A DNA stretch of 63,728 bases, the filler included, from Choristocarpus tenellus KU-1152 (lineage: Eukaryota > Protista > Phaeophyceae): NCBI GenBank assembly GCA_964200185.2. It is 14 parts of 14 records of this genome, joined end to end, with 100 filler letters (N's around TTAATTAATTAA, not from the genome) between each part and the next. Parts side by side here need not be neighbours in the genome. Positions count along the whole stretch, not along the records: positions 49,165 to 56,722 come from CAXNAD020005963.1; positions 56,823 to 61,103 come from CAXNAD020015313.1; positions 61,204 to 63,728 come from CAXNAD020027063.1; 11 more parts are not named here. One strand, written 5' to 3'. Shown here in pieces: positions 51,864 through 63,728 of the stretch; position 1 is the stretch's first letter; every line of letters begins with the position of its first letter. The position numbers were made by a program, and so were the translations under genes. The notes beneath the pieces were generated by a model. That model had not been told where the DNA came from. It made no database searches and saw only the letters and a list, made by a program, of their open reading frames with translations.

Positions 51864-54800
51864 GCAGGTACTGAGGACAACGATACGAATGAGAAGTTAA
51901 GGGCACAAAAGGGGGTATGGAATTATTAATCATGTTTACAACGGACACAAAACAACAATAGGAACCCTAACCCTAACAATGACACTAAATTAAAGACAAT
52001 ACAAGGGGGAATCTTGTGAAATAATCTGAGTTTTGTGAGGGTGAGACTTGAGCCAAAGTATCTTAGAGGGTAAAGTCATGTCCACTTGGGGGCTAAAATC
52101 CAATGTTGTGATTTTAATGTAATTTTGGCTATCATTTTTGTTAGGAAGTGTAAATATCCATGTTCTGAACACACCTTTTCATAACATACACATTCCACCT
52201 ACTCCGAAACATTTTGTAGTAGGAAAATGTCGCTAAGAAACCTATGGGAAGCTAAGTTCCAAATGGACAAACGGGGCAAAACTCACACCCTCTCTTAATA
52301 AGAGACTTTCACTCACTTCTAAAAGGGAAAGTGTACCTAATTAACCTGAGTCTCAGCAAAGACAGAGGAAAATAATAATAGGGTAGATAAAAAGTTAAAG
52401 ACAGGATGGCTGGGAAGTAGATGATAGGACTGAAAAGTTGAACACAAATGAGGAGTAGGTGGAGAAGGAAAATCAAGATTGGAATCATTTAGTTAGAACA
52501 AAAGGTAAAAGTCAAGGGTTAGGGTTAGGGTTACGGTGGGACGAGAAGAAGTGGCAAGCTCAAGATAACCTAACCTTTCAGATAACCTTCCAGATAACCT
52601 TTCAGACAACCTTTCAGTACACCCACCCTCTTGATTGCTCACAATTGAGTGGAATGTTGGGGGGAGGGGAAGGGGAGGAGGTCAAGTTCGGGTGGGATAG
52701 ATGTCTTCTAGTTCAAAGGCATGGTATTGAAGTGGAGTGGCATGGTGTGGTGTGGTGGACAGTGGAGTGTGTACAATCTTAGTGTGTACAATCTTAGTGT
52801 GTACAATCTTAGTGTGTACAATCTTAGTGTGTACAATCTTAGTGTGTACAATCTTAGTGTGTACAATCTTAGTGTGTACAATCTTAGTGTGTACAATCTT
52901 AGTGTGTACAATCTTAGTGTGTACAATCTTAGTGTGTACAATCTTATGGAGGAAGGTGGAGTGGATTTGAGGACATTAGCAGCATCGGTCGGTGGTTGTA
53001 GTTGTTAGGGTTAGGGTTGGCCACATAGTTTGTTTGGTACCAAGGGATAATGTGTAGGGAGAAGGAAGTGGAGCTACATTGGTTGAGTAGAAGTAGAGCA
53101 GATGGGAGGCTAAGACGAGGCTAATAATAATAAATCGATTAATCCAATAATGATAATAAATTAATGAGTAAAGCAAAAGAGCAAAATGTGTTCCACAGAC
53201 AAGAGCAACACACAAACACAGCACAATTAACAAAAAAAAGAACAAATATAGAACAATAGCAATAAAAAGACAACGGCAACATGGAGTAAAGAAGCTGCAA
53301 AATAGTTTCAGGGTCTCAGTCAATCCCCCATCTCCCCCACCCCCCCCGGGTGCACACACACACACATGGTCAAATGGAGTATTACAACAGGTACTTTAAA
53401 TGTCAAACAGCCTCCTATCATTTCTCAGTACATAGTATTATACCAGCACAACAACATACTACAGTACACTACAAAATTCACAAAAAGCATTGACCATAAA
53501 ATTGTCATCCATAACCCTAACTTCCGATAAACAATGTCATACAGCATCACTCACATTGGAAGGCGTGTTTCTATGGAAAGCTTCTCCATCTGGAAGTTTG
53601 GGTTGCTGTGGGACGGCCTGTTGCTGGAATCAGTGACGTAGTTTCTGGTGTCGTCTCCCACCCTTATCTCTACAAATGGTTTGTTGAGCCCTAAAACTCC
53701 CTTCTGCCGGAGGTCTCTGTTTGATGAAAGTTGACAGGAATAGATACATGCAGTGAAATATATACTTCAATACTTAGAGATAGAGAGAGAATTAAGACAA
53801 AAATGAATAAAAAAGTATGATATCATACAGAATAAAAATAAAAAATAATAAAAGACAGTTCAAACAAAAAAACTGATGTATTACACGAGTTAAAAAAAAA
53901 TAGAATAAGGCGAAGAAGGTGTGATGTCTTTTCTAAAGCAAGCACTTGTAAGTAATGTTCAACCATTTTGAGTCTTTGAATGGTGAGGTGAATGGAGTAC
54001 AGTGCTTGGAATATGTTGATATTAATGACAAAAAAGGTAACATTCACGATAAGTTAATATTCATAATAAAACCGCCTGAGGAAAAATAAATATATATATA
54101 TATTATTTAACCCAGGTGTGCTTTACAAACAGTACAGTCTTACCCTGCTTGCAAGTAACTATTTTGAATGTCCAGAAACATTCACCTGACTCAAAAAAGG
54201 GTAACACTAAAACTTTTACATTGTGGGAAACCATGAGAAAACAAATTTATTTTATCAAGTACTACGTTAGCATGTACTACCTCAACGGACAACGAATATA
54301 CAGCAAAGGGGGTAGGCACAATGGACCGGAAAACAAAGGTCCTTGGGTACCAGTGGGCTCCTGTCATAAAAGTGAACTACTCACAAGAGAGAGAGGTCAT
54401 ATGAGGGTTAGGGTTAGGGTAGGCCACAGCAGAGGCAGTGTCAGGGAGGGATTGGAAGCAACAAACTTGACCATATAACTACTGAAATGAAGATACATAT
54501 ACAAAGGTGCACAAATACATCAACCAGGAAAAACGAACACTCAACAGTAGTACACACACATAACAAGGTACAGAGTACAAGGTACACAGTATCCTCCCTG
54601 TCCTGAAAACTATTCTCACCTCAGCCCTACAGGAATAACCTCAACAACACACTTCTCCTTAGCAGGGACGATATTTAGTGGTGAAGGGGCTGGGTCCTTT
54701 TCATTGTTCTTGGTGATCAGCTCAAAGTTAATCAAGATCTCCCCCTGTGCATACGCCATGAAACAATTACAAAACCAAAATTGCATTATAGGCATAAATT

Positions 54801-55398
54801 GCGTTATAGGCACCAAAGGTCATCCAATCCAATCCAATCCAGTACACACACAGACAGAGGACAAAAGACAAAGGACAAAGGACAGGGTCATTCATCAACA
54901 AAATGAACAAAATAGCATTTACCTCATGTGGGGGTGTACAGACAAAGGGATGTCTTGATCTAACTAACGCTAACCCTAACCCTATTGCAATGTACATGCA
55001 CAAACAAAACCAACCAAACCAATATCCCTAACCCTAACCTAAAACCCCTGTCCCTCTTCGTGCATAACAACAAACCAACCGCTTTGCTTCTATCCCAGGC
55101 TATCTATACAGCCAGTACACAAATATAATATATACATATATATATATATCCTTGAAAGTCCTTCCACCTGTACCAAAAACAATAACAGTTATATCCCCAA
55201 ATAAATCAAATGAAACTATCATTTTCTCACAGAGGTATCCCCAGGAGTGACATGCTGCAGTGGGTACCACTTGGGTTTGCTCAGTCTCCTCCCCATGACT
55301 TGATTCATGTTGAACTTGTTCTTGATGTCTTCAGGGGGGATTCGGACGGTGCCCACCCAGTCATCCTTGTCCAGAATGGAGGAGTCGTGGTCCATACA
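49597..55398 (-). CDS. Ferlin-family multi-C2 protein, internal part. Exons 55398-55231, 54744-54620, 53716-53555, 51464-51267; tentative 50114-50032 and 49635-49597.
   Basis: Phase-consistent splicing gives MDHD..DDWVG..PKWYPL..GEILINFELI..VEVIPVGLRDL..KPFVEI..NPNF..LPIDPTLAPCLNVSAFD..LLGTTSIPL, the ferlin C2D to C2DE pattern. Confidence 0.85.
50149..50295. repeat. Direct tandem duplication, 2 x 72 bp
   Basis: ACAACATYAAATCAGATAATATTTAC...GAAAGACAT occurs twice. Confidence 0.93.
52050..52314 (-). mobile_element. MITE family A, full copy, TSD ACTT (ferlin intron)
   Basis: GAGCCAAAGTATCTTAGAGGGTA / GACTTTCACTC; ACTT on both sides. Confidence 0.93.
52766..52945. repeat. Perfect minisatellite (AGTGTGTACAATCTT)12
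   Basis: 180 bp, 12 identical units. Confidence 0.98.
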
Positions 55399-56822
55399 CT
55401 GCAAAATAAAAACAAGAAATATATAATTGGTAAGAAAAAAAAGTAAAGAAAAAAAATAAAAATAAAAAACAAAATAAAATAAAATACCGAGGACATGGTG
55501 TTCTATTGGAAACAATCCAATACATAGCCGTATATTGTACGACAAAAAGGATGTACTCTTGCTTACATTTTTGAGAAAGAACGGGTATGTATCAACACTT
55601 TTTCTTTTAGAAAAAGGTGAACAGGATACATTGCTACTGATTTGAATAGAACCAAAATGTGAACAGAATTAACACCGACACCACTTTCTTTTTACTCCAC
55701 TTTTTTTTCATGATCTAATGCACTCCGTGTCTGATAAAAAAAACAAAACATGCACAGTGTGTATTTGTATGAAAAAAGATAAGAAGATTGAACACTGACC
55801 GTTAAAAAAAAAAAAAATGTTCTGAATTTTAATCACAACTTCATTTAATCATATCAACTATTCCCAGCTCTAAACATTCAACTACTTTATTCAATACTCA
55901 CAGTAATGATAGCAGTAGTAGTAGTGCATCCACTATTGATCTTACCACCTGAGGGGTTCCAAACCTAACCACAAGTCATTTGCCATTATCACAGGAAGAG
56001 ACAAGACACAACACTGCACAAAAAATAGAGAGCATCACAGAAAGGTCAAGTATATCCAATAAAACAGTCCTCAAGAGTCAAAATTCTCTGACAAGGGGGA
56101 AAAAATCTAATCCCAATCCAATTGGATCAGTTACACCAATTAACTATATAAATTGAATATATACTATGCACACTACTTGATGAGTATATACTATACTATA
56201 TATACTATACATGATTCTCTGTTTATCTTTCGTCAAACTACTCAGTAATAACAATAATAATAAATAACCCATTATAACGGCTGTTGAGAGTGAGGTGGAC
56301 GGAGGACTGGACAGATGGATGCAAGTAGTATCAGCACTCATCTCCAATTTTTTTGTTAACCATTAAGAGTCACAAAGTTAACCACCAAGTCGGGTGTATA
56401 CGTTGTTTTAGTCTTCAAATTGATGAAAGAGATTTTCACCTTTGATCGGAGAACACAAAACAGACGTTTGAAAAGGCAGAGTCCATTGGGGGGATAAGAT
56501 GAACCATTAAAAAAAAAAATGCACTCAAAAATAAGACAAGACAAGAAGCACTCTCTGCTATATACTCCACACATGTACTCCACATCTGTCTCACAGTGTG
56601 CAAAAAAACTGTTCCAAGTTAAGCCAGTTACACACTTAAGACTCAGCGGCACCCCCCCCCCCCTCCTCGGATACTTTGCCCCCAGAACACACACGCATCC
56701 ACCCACAGACGCGGCGACACAGNNNNNNNNNNNNNNNNNNNNNNNNNNNNNNNNNNNNNNNNNNNNTTAATTAATTAANNNNNNNNNNNNNNNNNNNNNN
56801 NNNNNNNNNNNNNNNNNNNNNN

Positions 56823-56856
56823 GTAGACCCACCCCCCCTCCCAGATACATTGGGTC
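56823..56856 (-). mobile_element. MITE B tip at contig start
   Basis: GTAGACCC..CCCTCCCAGATACATTGGGTC. Confidence 0.82.
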
Positions 56857-57344
56857 AGGAGCGAGTTCTCAAGGTGTTGATGCTGGAGCTTGCAGATGGA
56901 AATGGGAAGCAAGGTGGACAGCAGAATAATTGATTGTGTTCCGGCAAGATTACATTGAGAAATTTCGGATCACCGTTGAGGAATGGGACACAAGAACAAA
57001 CATCAACAGGAGGCACGGGTATGTGATTGGTGGTGCAGCGAGGTATCATTTTGCCGAGTGCCATTCCAAGGCAGGTGTGATAGCTGATGTACGTCATGCT
57101 AAAGCAAAGGCTGAGCCAGCTCGAGCGGATCAAAGCACATGCACACTCACCATTTTTTTCTGAATGCTGCTTTTCTCATTATTTCTCTCTTTGGGGTGTT
57201 GGTTATTTTGTAGCATCCCGCTTTCCTTTGTGTGACACACGATTAATGGCGTTTCAGATTTGATGGACCTGGTGTGGCACTTAATTTTCATTTTTCCTAT
57301 CTTTTTGGCATAGGACCTGGTGATGTTTGGCGAAACTCGCTCCT

Positions 57345-57522
57345 GACCCAATGTATCTGGGAGGGGGGGGGGGTCTACACCAGGGTGTCCATTTGGGACA
57401 AAGTCAGGAAAAGTGCATTTGCAGTAACCAATCGACATACGCAACCAAATCACCCAAAACTCGCGACATGAAAAAATTGGCTCCAAATGGACAGCCGCCA
57501 CCACACCCAGATACTTTGGCTC
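57345..57522 (+). mobile_element. MITE family B, full copy
   Basis: GACCCAATGTATCTGGG / CCCAGATACTTTGGCTC; flanks TCCT/TCAT. Confidence 0.92.
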
Positions 57523-57539
57523 TCATCCCCTATGCGTGC

Positions 57540-58420
57540 AACTTACCCCTGCGAGTTGGAGCCTCCATTTCCATAGAGTTCCTAGATACTCTCACACCCA
57601 GTCTTCACCAGGACATATTCACGAGGGCATCGATCTAGGAAAGTGTGTGACCCTGTGTGTTCCAATGTGCGAAATCCAACCAAACAGTGTAGGAGGGGGT
57701 TGTGGTGATGGGATCGAATCTTAATATGGTGAACCTGGCGGAGTGTCCATGTCAGTCATACAGCCACATAACAGAACGCCAACTATTTCAGCCCTGAGCA
57801 TTCAAGTGTTTTCCTCTAGTGGTGTCCTAACGTTCTGCCATCGAGCTCTCAGTAGAATTTTCGGAAGCAGCTCAATTTTTTTATTCTTCCGACTGATCTT
57901 GGTATAGAGAGGAGTATGATCACCGATGGTTCCTCCAAGGTAAACAAACAATGATATCTGCTTGTAGTTCTGAACTAATACAAACATCTTCCTCATATCC
58001 ACAGCCTTATTGGGAGGTTGAGAGAACATGGCCTTCGAGTTCATCAATTCCGACACGGTCAGCTCAAATGACCTGGTCACCTTCACGATCAGCACACCAA
58101 TACTATATTATTGTCCTGTATAGACGCCGTTGAATTCCTGGTTGTGAGAGTACAGTCCGCAAAGAGCTTACCCCACAGGAACCATTAAAGTGCTACCCTA
58201 CCCCCTGTTGCTCTTCCTCCCCTGACCCGATTTTTGATGCCAGCTACCTTTTGATGAAAACAGGTTCCTTGAAATTGGCAGTGTCAGAGTTTGGACTCTT
58301 TAATCGCTATGCAATGTGAAGGAGGTGGTGGACAGTAAAGAGGCATGAGCAAACCCTTGTGGAAGGTGTTTGTTGACTACAGAACCAGTCTGCACACTCT
58401 CCATTATCCATGGAGAATCA
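57540..58420 (-). pseudogene. Decayed LINE (RTE-like) reverse transcriptase
   Basis: LPQG (QG motif), WGKLFAD (YADD), FELTVSE, QNYKQISLFVYLGGTI, HHNPLLHC and VLVKTGCESI occur in the expected order. Confidence 0.8.
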
Positions 58421-60924
58421 TGACCTCATCATCTCATGGAAACTTCGGATGACCTAGACAATATTCTCAGCGAGTCCAAACTTGGTAGGCACGAACCCCA
58501 CACAGAAGGTCGAGGTCGACTGGTGGTGGGAAAATAAGATACCACTCGAGTCTGTGGCCGAATGTCCAAGCCTTTATCTAGAACTGGCTGTTCCAAGCGC
58601 GGGAATAGCTGCCCTCTGCCACCGTCGTTCGTGCAGTACACAGTTTGGAAGAGCATCGATCGAGCGCCGCACACACTGTTCCCGAGCTTGCCGAAGGCTG
58701 TGGTCCGATCTGTATGGTGCAAATTTTGCAAGCCAACAGACAAGTCCGAGAGAATTTGCGAACGCTATCTCGAAGGCTGTCCAAAGTTCAAGCAGGTGGG
58801 ATGGACGTAGGGGTGTTCGTCGTTTGTTGTAGTACATGTTCGATTGAACATCGTTTGGCAATAATGTTGGGGAAAACTAGTCAGTGTGGCGAGTCGTCGA
58901 TTCAAAATTTGTTTGCTGTTTATTGGTTGGGTGGTGGAGGAACATGAAAAAAAGAATGTGGTGTGGGGGAATCGAAATGAAGTTATTGTGAAGGTTTATA
59001 TAGTGAAAATTGTACTAATCATACGCCGGGAGGGGTAACGCCCACCTGTTATCGCGAGTGCGAGGTAGAGATTTCTGACTTACATTCTTTCATAAGATAC
59101 TCGTCCGTCAGAGCTGTTGGCTCGCCGCAAGGGACTGCGTGTAAACACAGTTGTGAGTGTGCGTGAAAGCGAGGGTTACTGCCTCAGGAGGGCAACCTAA
59201 CAGGGCACCCTTCCGCCCAGCAGGGTCTGCGGATCGCGAGTTGAGAATTCTCTGTGGGAAAGTGATCTCGAACCCCTTTTACTCCTTCCTCTTCTCCCAC
59301 TTTTCCTCACTCACTCTCACTCACTCCATCCATCCATGTTCATTTAGTTACGTAATAAAAATCGTGGTGGCGAGTTGAGAAATCGCCTGAAAAAAGTAAT
59401 CTCGAATCCCTTTTACTCCTTCCCCACAAAAAGGGGGAGGGAGGGTGGGTTCGATTCCCTCCCTAGATATGTTTTTTCCCACTCCATGTCTACCTAAGCC
59501 TACCTAACGCGACCTGTTGTCATCGAATCAGCATGTATGTATGGATGGTGTCGTTGGGGGCCAGTCGTTAGGGATATAGTAAGGTTGCTTGACAAGTGCT
59601 GCTTCTCGACACCCGTGTCTCAATATATACAAGGGGTGGTAGAATTTTCAATGGAACATGCCTCATCTGTCTTGGAGCAGGCAGTGTTTATTGCTTTTTT
59701 ACAGTAAGTACTTTTTGGATTGACGCTACATAAAGGATAGTCCTGTTTGCACTTTAGTTTTGTTTTTTCGGAGAAGTATGAAGGAGGGTTGATCACGATT
59801 GAATTCAAATAAGTACACAGCAATATCAGTAGCACCAGCAGATTGACCAATGACTGCTTATAGTGGTAGTATGGGAGATTGACTTAGTTTATAGATGGCA
59901 CAACAGACTAAAATACTCATTGCCCCAAGGTCAACGGACCAGAGATTGTTACTACTACTACTTCTTCTCTATCTCGTTCAACAAACATCCATAGGCAGCC
60001 ACGAAGACATTAGGCGCAACAGGGCAGTGCTATGCCCCCAACCCTTACGTATGTAATGAACCAATCTACACCGTCAAGCAACGTTCAAGTGTTTATCTTT
60101 TCTACTTCCTTCACGATGGGGGATGGGGGCAATGATTGCCACAGCAGCAATTAGTGCAATCAAATCTCGAAGCCTCATTGCTGCAAAAGTACAGCTGGCT
60201 GCACCTGGCAGCTGCACAAGCGCGCGATAGAAAGCTGTGGTTGGTTGTGGACCCTCTGTGGACGTCAAGAGAGGAAGAAGGCATCTGGGGAAGGAGAGTA
60301 TGGTGTCATGGAGAGCGGGGTAATTTGTTGGGTCCACACTATTTTCTCCTACTGGCAACTGGATCTCCATCAAATTGTAGAGTGCTACAGGGGAAGTCTT
60401 TGATGGAGAAATTGAAGGAAGCTTCAACACGAGAAGTAGCAGGAGAAGAGATATGAAAGAACAGTAAAATGTAAAAACAGAATAGTAGAGGCCGACAGAA
60501 ATCGCAAGGATATCCTGACCAATGCGTATCTCCACCAAAAAATGACCAGCTGAGTATAAGGGAATTGATGAAGAGTTCATGGTGATGTCCAATATGTAGT
60601 GTAGCCATCACACACTAGTGATGCTGGCAGATGACATTTTTCCTGCGTGTGATTTATGTATTGGGACTGAGGTGAGAGTTCACCACACTATCCACTGTAC
60701 TTCGAAGTACAATGTATCTAGTATGACTTGAACGTGTATCCTGTACTGCTGCTTCCTTGAGAGTAATAGGTCAGGCCAGGACTAAAGATGCAACACAAAT
60801 ATATTAATAGTAATTGAATACAATTAGTCGTCAGTCTTAGTTGGAGGAATTTATTTATTGCTAGTGTCATCTACCCACTTCTGCTTATCTGATCTTCGAG
60901 CACAAGATTGCATTTTGCAGTAAT

Positions 60925-61035
60925 GAATCAAAGTATGCAAGAGGTACCCAGGTTCAGGGTTGCATTTTAAGGATGTTGACAAATAGATGCAAAATCGCCA
61001 TTTTTTGCAAATGTATACAAAAGATTTTCTGTGCA
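60925..61035 (+). mobile_element. MITE family C, truncated left part
   Basis: GAATCAAAGTATGCAAGAGGTACCCAGG..TGCATTTTAAGGATGTTGA, as in 40305-40360. Confidence 0.75.
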
Positions 61036-62353
61036 AAATAGGACAATAGTGAGGTGTACCTTATTTTGTGTAGATGAGATTATTGTGTTGAATTGAGTCC
61101 ATGNNNNNNNNNNNNNNNNNNNNNNNNNNNNNNNNNNNNNNNNNNNNTTAATTAATTAANNNNNNNNNNNNNNNNNNNNNNNNNNNNNNNNNNNNNNNNN
61201 NNNTGTTCCATTACTCCATACTTATTTTACCGTAACTGACCGATAGAGTTGGAAGAGTCTAATCGAACAGATGCTGTGTAGAAAAAAATTAATGTAGTGT
61301 GTGAGAGTTGAAGCAATCTTTGTTCTTTTACTTTCACTCTCATACGGGAGTGTGCAGAATACGATATGAAAAACGGTGTCTTCATACAGGGTGCCATTGG
61401 CTCATAGCTGTAGAGATGGACCTCAGAAGAGATGGCCACAGCCTGCAAATAAGAGTTCTCAGGGATCCGGAATATATATCATATTGTTTGACTCGTAGTA
61501 TCCTAGAGGATGGGCCAGGCATCCATTCGGGGCCTGTGTTAACCTGCAGTGATTTTGGTATAATGTGAGTAAACGTTTCAGATGACAGGGCAATTTCCTT
61601 CACCTGAACAATACACACTCCTTTTCTACCGCCTTGCCTGAACTACATCCGAAGGAAACTCACTCAAAAAAGGGCCATCAAACTGGGGTATCTTGCAACA
61701 CTCCATCAAGCCCCGAAAGATTGTCTGACCTAAACACACGCTCCCTCCAAGAAACTATGGCGCTTCGTTTTGTGTTCTACAATAAAGATTGATTCTGCTC
61801 TTCTAAAAGCAATTCAGTAAAGGCCAATAGCTAACCAAATGCCCTCGATGGTACGGAAACTCTTGCTGTAGCAAAACATTCACTTTTTTCAGTAATAAGA
61901 CTGATCTCTCACAGTACCAGGTAGAGTAGAGGCAGCACTGATATTGATCTAAATCTAATGATTTGTTTGTACAATGCATATCACAGAAAGATTATACACT
62001 GGAGGGTACATGCTCTTGCTAGTCTAACCATCGACATCTCAACCAAGGAATTAATTTATCCATATATGCTACTGATCATACCAAGGTTGTATGCACTGTG
62101 TAGGGTTGCAAGACTTCGGACACTGAAACTTGGATAGGTTGCATTGGCAAAACTAGTGAAATGCTATGGTATACCCATAATCCTCCAATCCTGAAAAAGT
62201 CAAAGTCTGTACTTCCAAACACTTAAAGTATGTTAAATACTCACCTGTCTTGAGCCAAAGTGTCTGGGGTGTATGTGTGTGGTTTGCACTGGGGCATCCG
62301 TTTTGGCCCTGACGAGGTGCTTTGCTTAAAAAATCGTGGAATTGCTGTCTTCA

Positions 62354-62612
62354 GACCCGAAGTATCTTAGAGGGTAGAGTCGCATCCATTTGGGGGTCAA
62401 AAATCCATGTTGCGATTTTGATGTAATTTTGGCCATCGTGTTTATTAGGAAGTGTCAATATCCGTGTGCTGAACACACCTTTTCATCACGTATACACTTT
62501 ACCTACTCCTAAACATTTTGGAGAAGGAAAATATCATCAAAGAACCAATGGGAAGCCAAGCCCCAAATGGACAAACAGGGCAAAACTCGTACCCTCTAAG
62601 ATACTTTCACTC
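62354..62612 (-). mobile_element. MITE family A, full copy, TSD TTCA
   Basis: GACCCGAAGTATCTTAGAGGGTA / TACCCTCTAAGATACTTTCACTC; TTCA on both sides. Confidence 0.94.
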
Positions 62613-63440
62613 TTCAGTCGTGGGGGGTTTGTCCTTTCTTGATGCTATACGGCATAGAATGTATGGAGGATCTGTGCTTGCCGCTTGGATCCTTGTAGAC
62701 TGTGTGATTATGGGTTCGGAAATTCGCCCTTACGTTCGATTTTTTTTTAGTGTTGGGCGGTTAGAGCCATTTCGCCGAGGGTTAGAAGAGTGTTTACCTG
62801 TAGTAAATATTTCGCCTAGCGTTTAAAAAAGCTGGTATATGAGTTTGAGAGAGTGTTCTGTCTGTGATAGTTTTGCCAATTGTCTACGAATGACCCATGT
62901 AACGGAGCAACGCAAAGAAATCTTAGATCTGATGTCTCAGTTCCATGAATTCAAGGGTTCATCAAGAACAGTACCAGTAAGCACAAGAGAAGAATGGCAG
63001 ATAATATAATTCCTCCCAAAATCCGTGTTATTGGGCCAATAAAAGCGTGCTACGAGGACACATGTGTAAATTAACGATGGTCTAATATTTTCTTTCGAAT
63101 TAAATAAATGCAAGAAATCACTTTCATTTAACGAAATCCGACCTCTCCAACGTACGATGTCCGTGGAGGCCTGTACTGAATTGTTGCAGGACAGATGATA
63201 CTTAGCACCTTAGGGAAGCCGTACTTGGGAAGAGGAAATGTTTACTCAGATTGGGCTAGATGCAGAGAGATTTCTCCAAGTAGATAAGGATGTATGTTTT
63301 GGACCTGATAGGAGTTTAAGTATTTTTTAATTCTTTCTTTCTCCTTGTCACAGCATGATCTGAGGCGATTGATGATATCTATAGTCTGCACCGGTTACAA
63401 TCGCCTATGATAAGCGTGAAACATGTATTGCTAGTTCACG

Positions 63441-63547
63441 CTGGGGGGTATGTTACAGGCGAATAGCGCTAGCGTTTCTTCTTGCGTTCTAACAAGCACG
63501 AGTAGTATACAAGATTAGTAGCACATAGGTAGCTTTACAGAATAAAG
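63441..63547 (+). mobile_element. Polypurine tract plus start of a 3' LTR (63451), interrupted by MITE B
   Basis: GGGGGGTA|TGTTACAGGCGAATAGCGC matches the solo LTR end at 43902. Confidence 0.78.
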
Positions 63548-63728
63548 GGCTCAAAGTATCTGGGAGGGGGTGGCGGCTGTCCATTTGGGGTCAATTTTTT
63601 AATATCGCGATTTTGGGGTGATTTGGTTGCATATATATCTCGGATGGATACTGTAAATGCACTTTTCCTGATTTTGACCCAAATGGACCCCCTGGTGTAG
63701 ACCCACCCCCCCCTCCCAGATACTTTGG
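63548..63728 (-). mobile_element. MITE family B, nearly full copy
   Basis: GGCTCAAAGTATCTGGGAGGGGG...CCCTCCCAGATACTTTGG. Confidence 0.93.

Noticed and set aside
58429-58947. Overlapping ORFs on both strands in a GC-richer patch
   Set aside because: No recognisable domain or consistent splice structure.
59433-59466. GGTTCGATTCC tRNA B-box in a short hairpin
   Set aside because: No A-box, anticodon arm or acceptor stem could be built; at most a SINE remnant.
2974-61203. Recurrent TTAATTAATTAA between N-runs and ORFs ending in 'LIN'
   Set aside because: Artificial concatenation linker, not biology.

Overview
This window is not one locus. It is 14 short eukaryotic contigs joined by artificial 100-bp linkers (N44-TTAATTAATTAA-N44), so adjacency across linkers means nothing and most ORF-track entries are spurious. 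The organism is inferred to be a photosynthetic, flagellate-stage stramenopile, probably a brown alga. The evidence is intron-rich GT-AG genes, a plastid-type CIA30/NAD(P)-binding gene, an HGGG zinc-finger gene, a ciliary PG-repeat gene, Ectocarpus-like LINE RT relics and TTAGGG repeats. Genes reconstructed by hand with phase-consistent splicing: complete PEX10 head-to-head with an STPG/ODF3-like gene, plus partial ferlin, TPR-like, CIA30-domain, WRKY19-like zinc-finger and one unknown gene. Mobile DNA: three related MITE families (A, B, C; about 20 copies or fragments) sharing G(A/G)NNSAAAGTA termini and 4-bp TSDs (Sola2-like), an LTR family with a complete solo LTR, a decayed two-gene PIF/Harbinger element, a Tc1/mariner-like relic and LINE/gypsy relics. 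The most striking signal is more than 20 short (TTAGGG)2-3 tracts concentrated in introns. Three of them sit inside MITE copies, where sister copies show the ancestral sequence was overwritten in telomeric register. This suggests frequent telomerase-templated patching of internal DNA breaks (inference).
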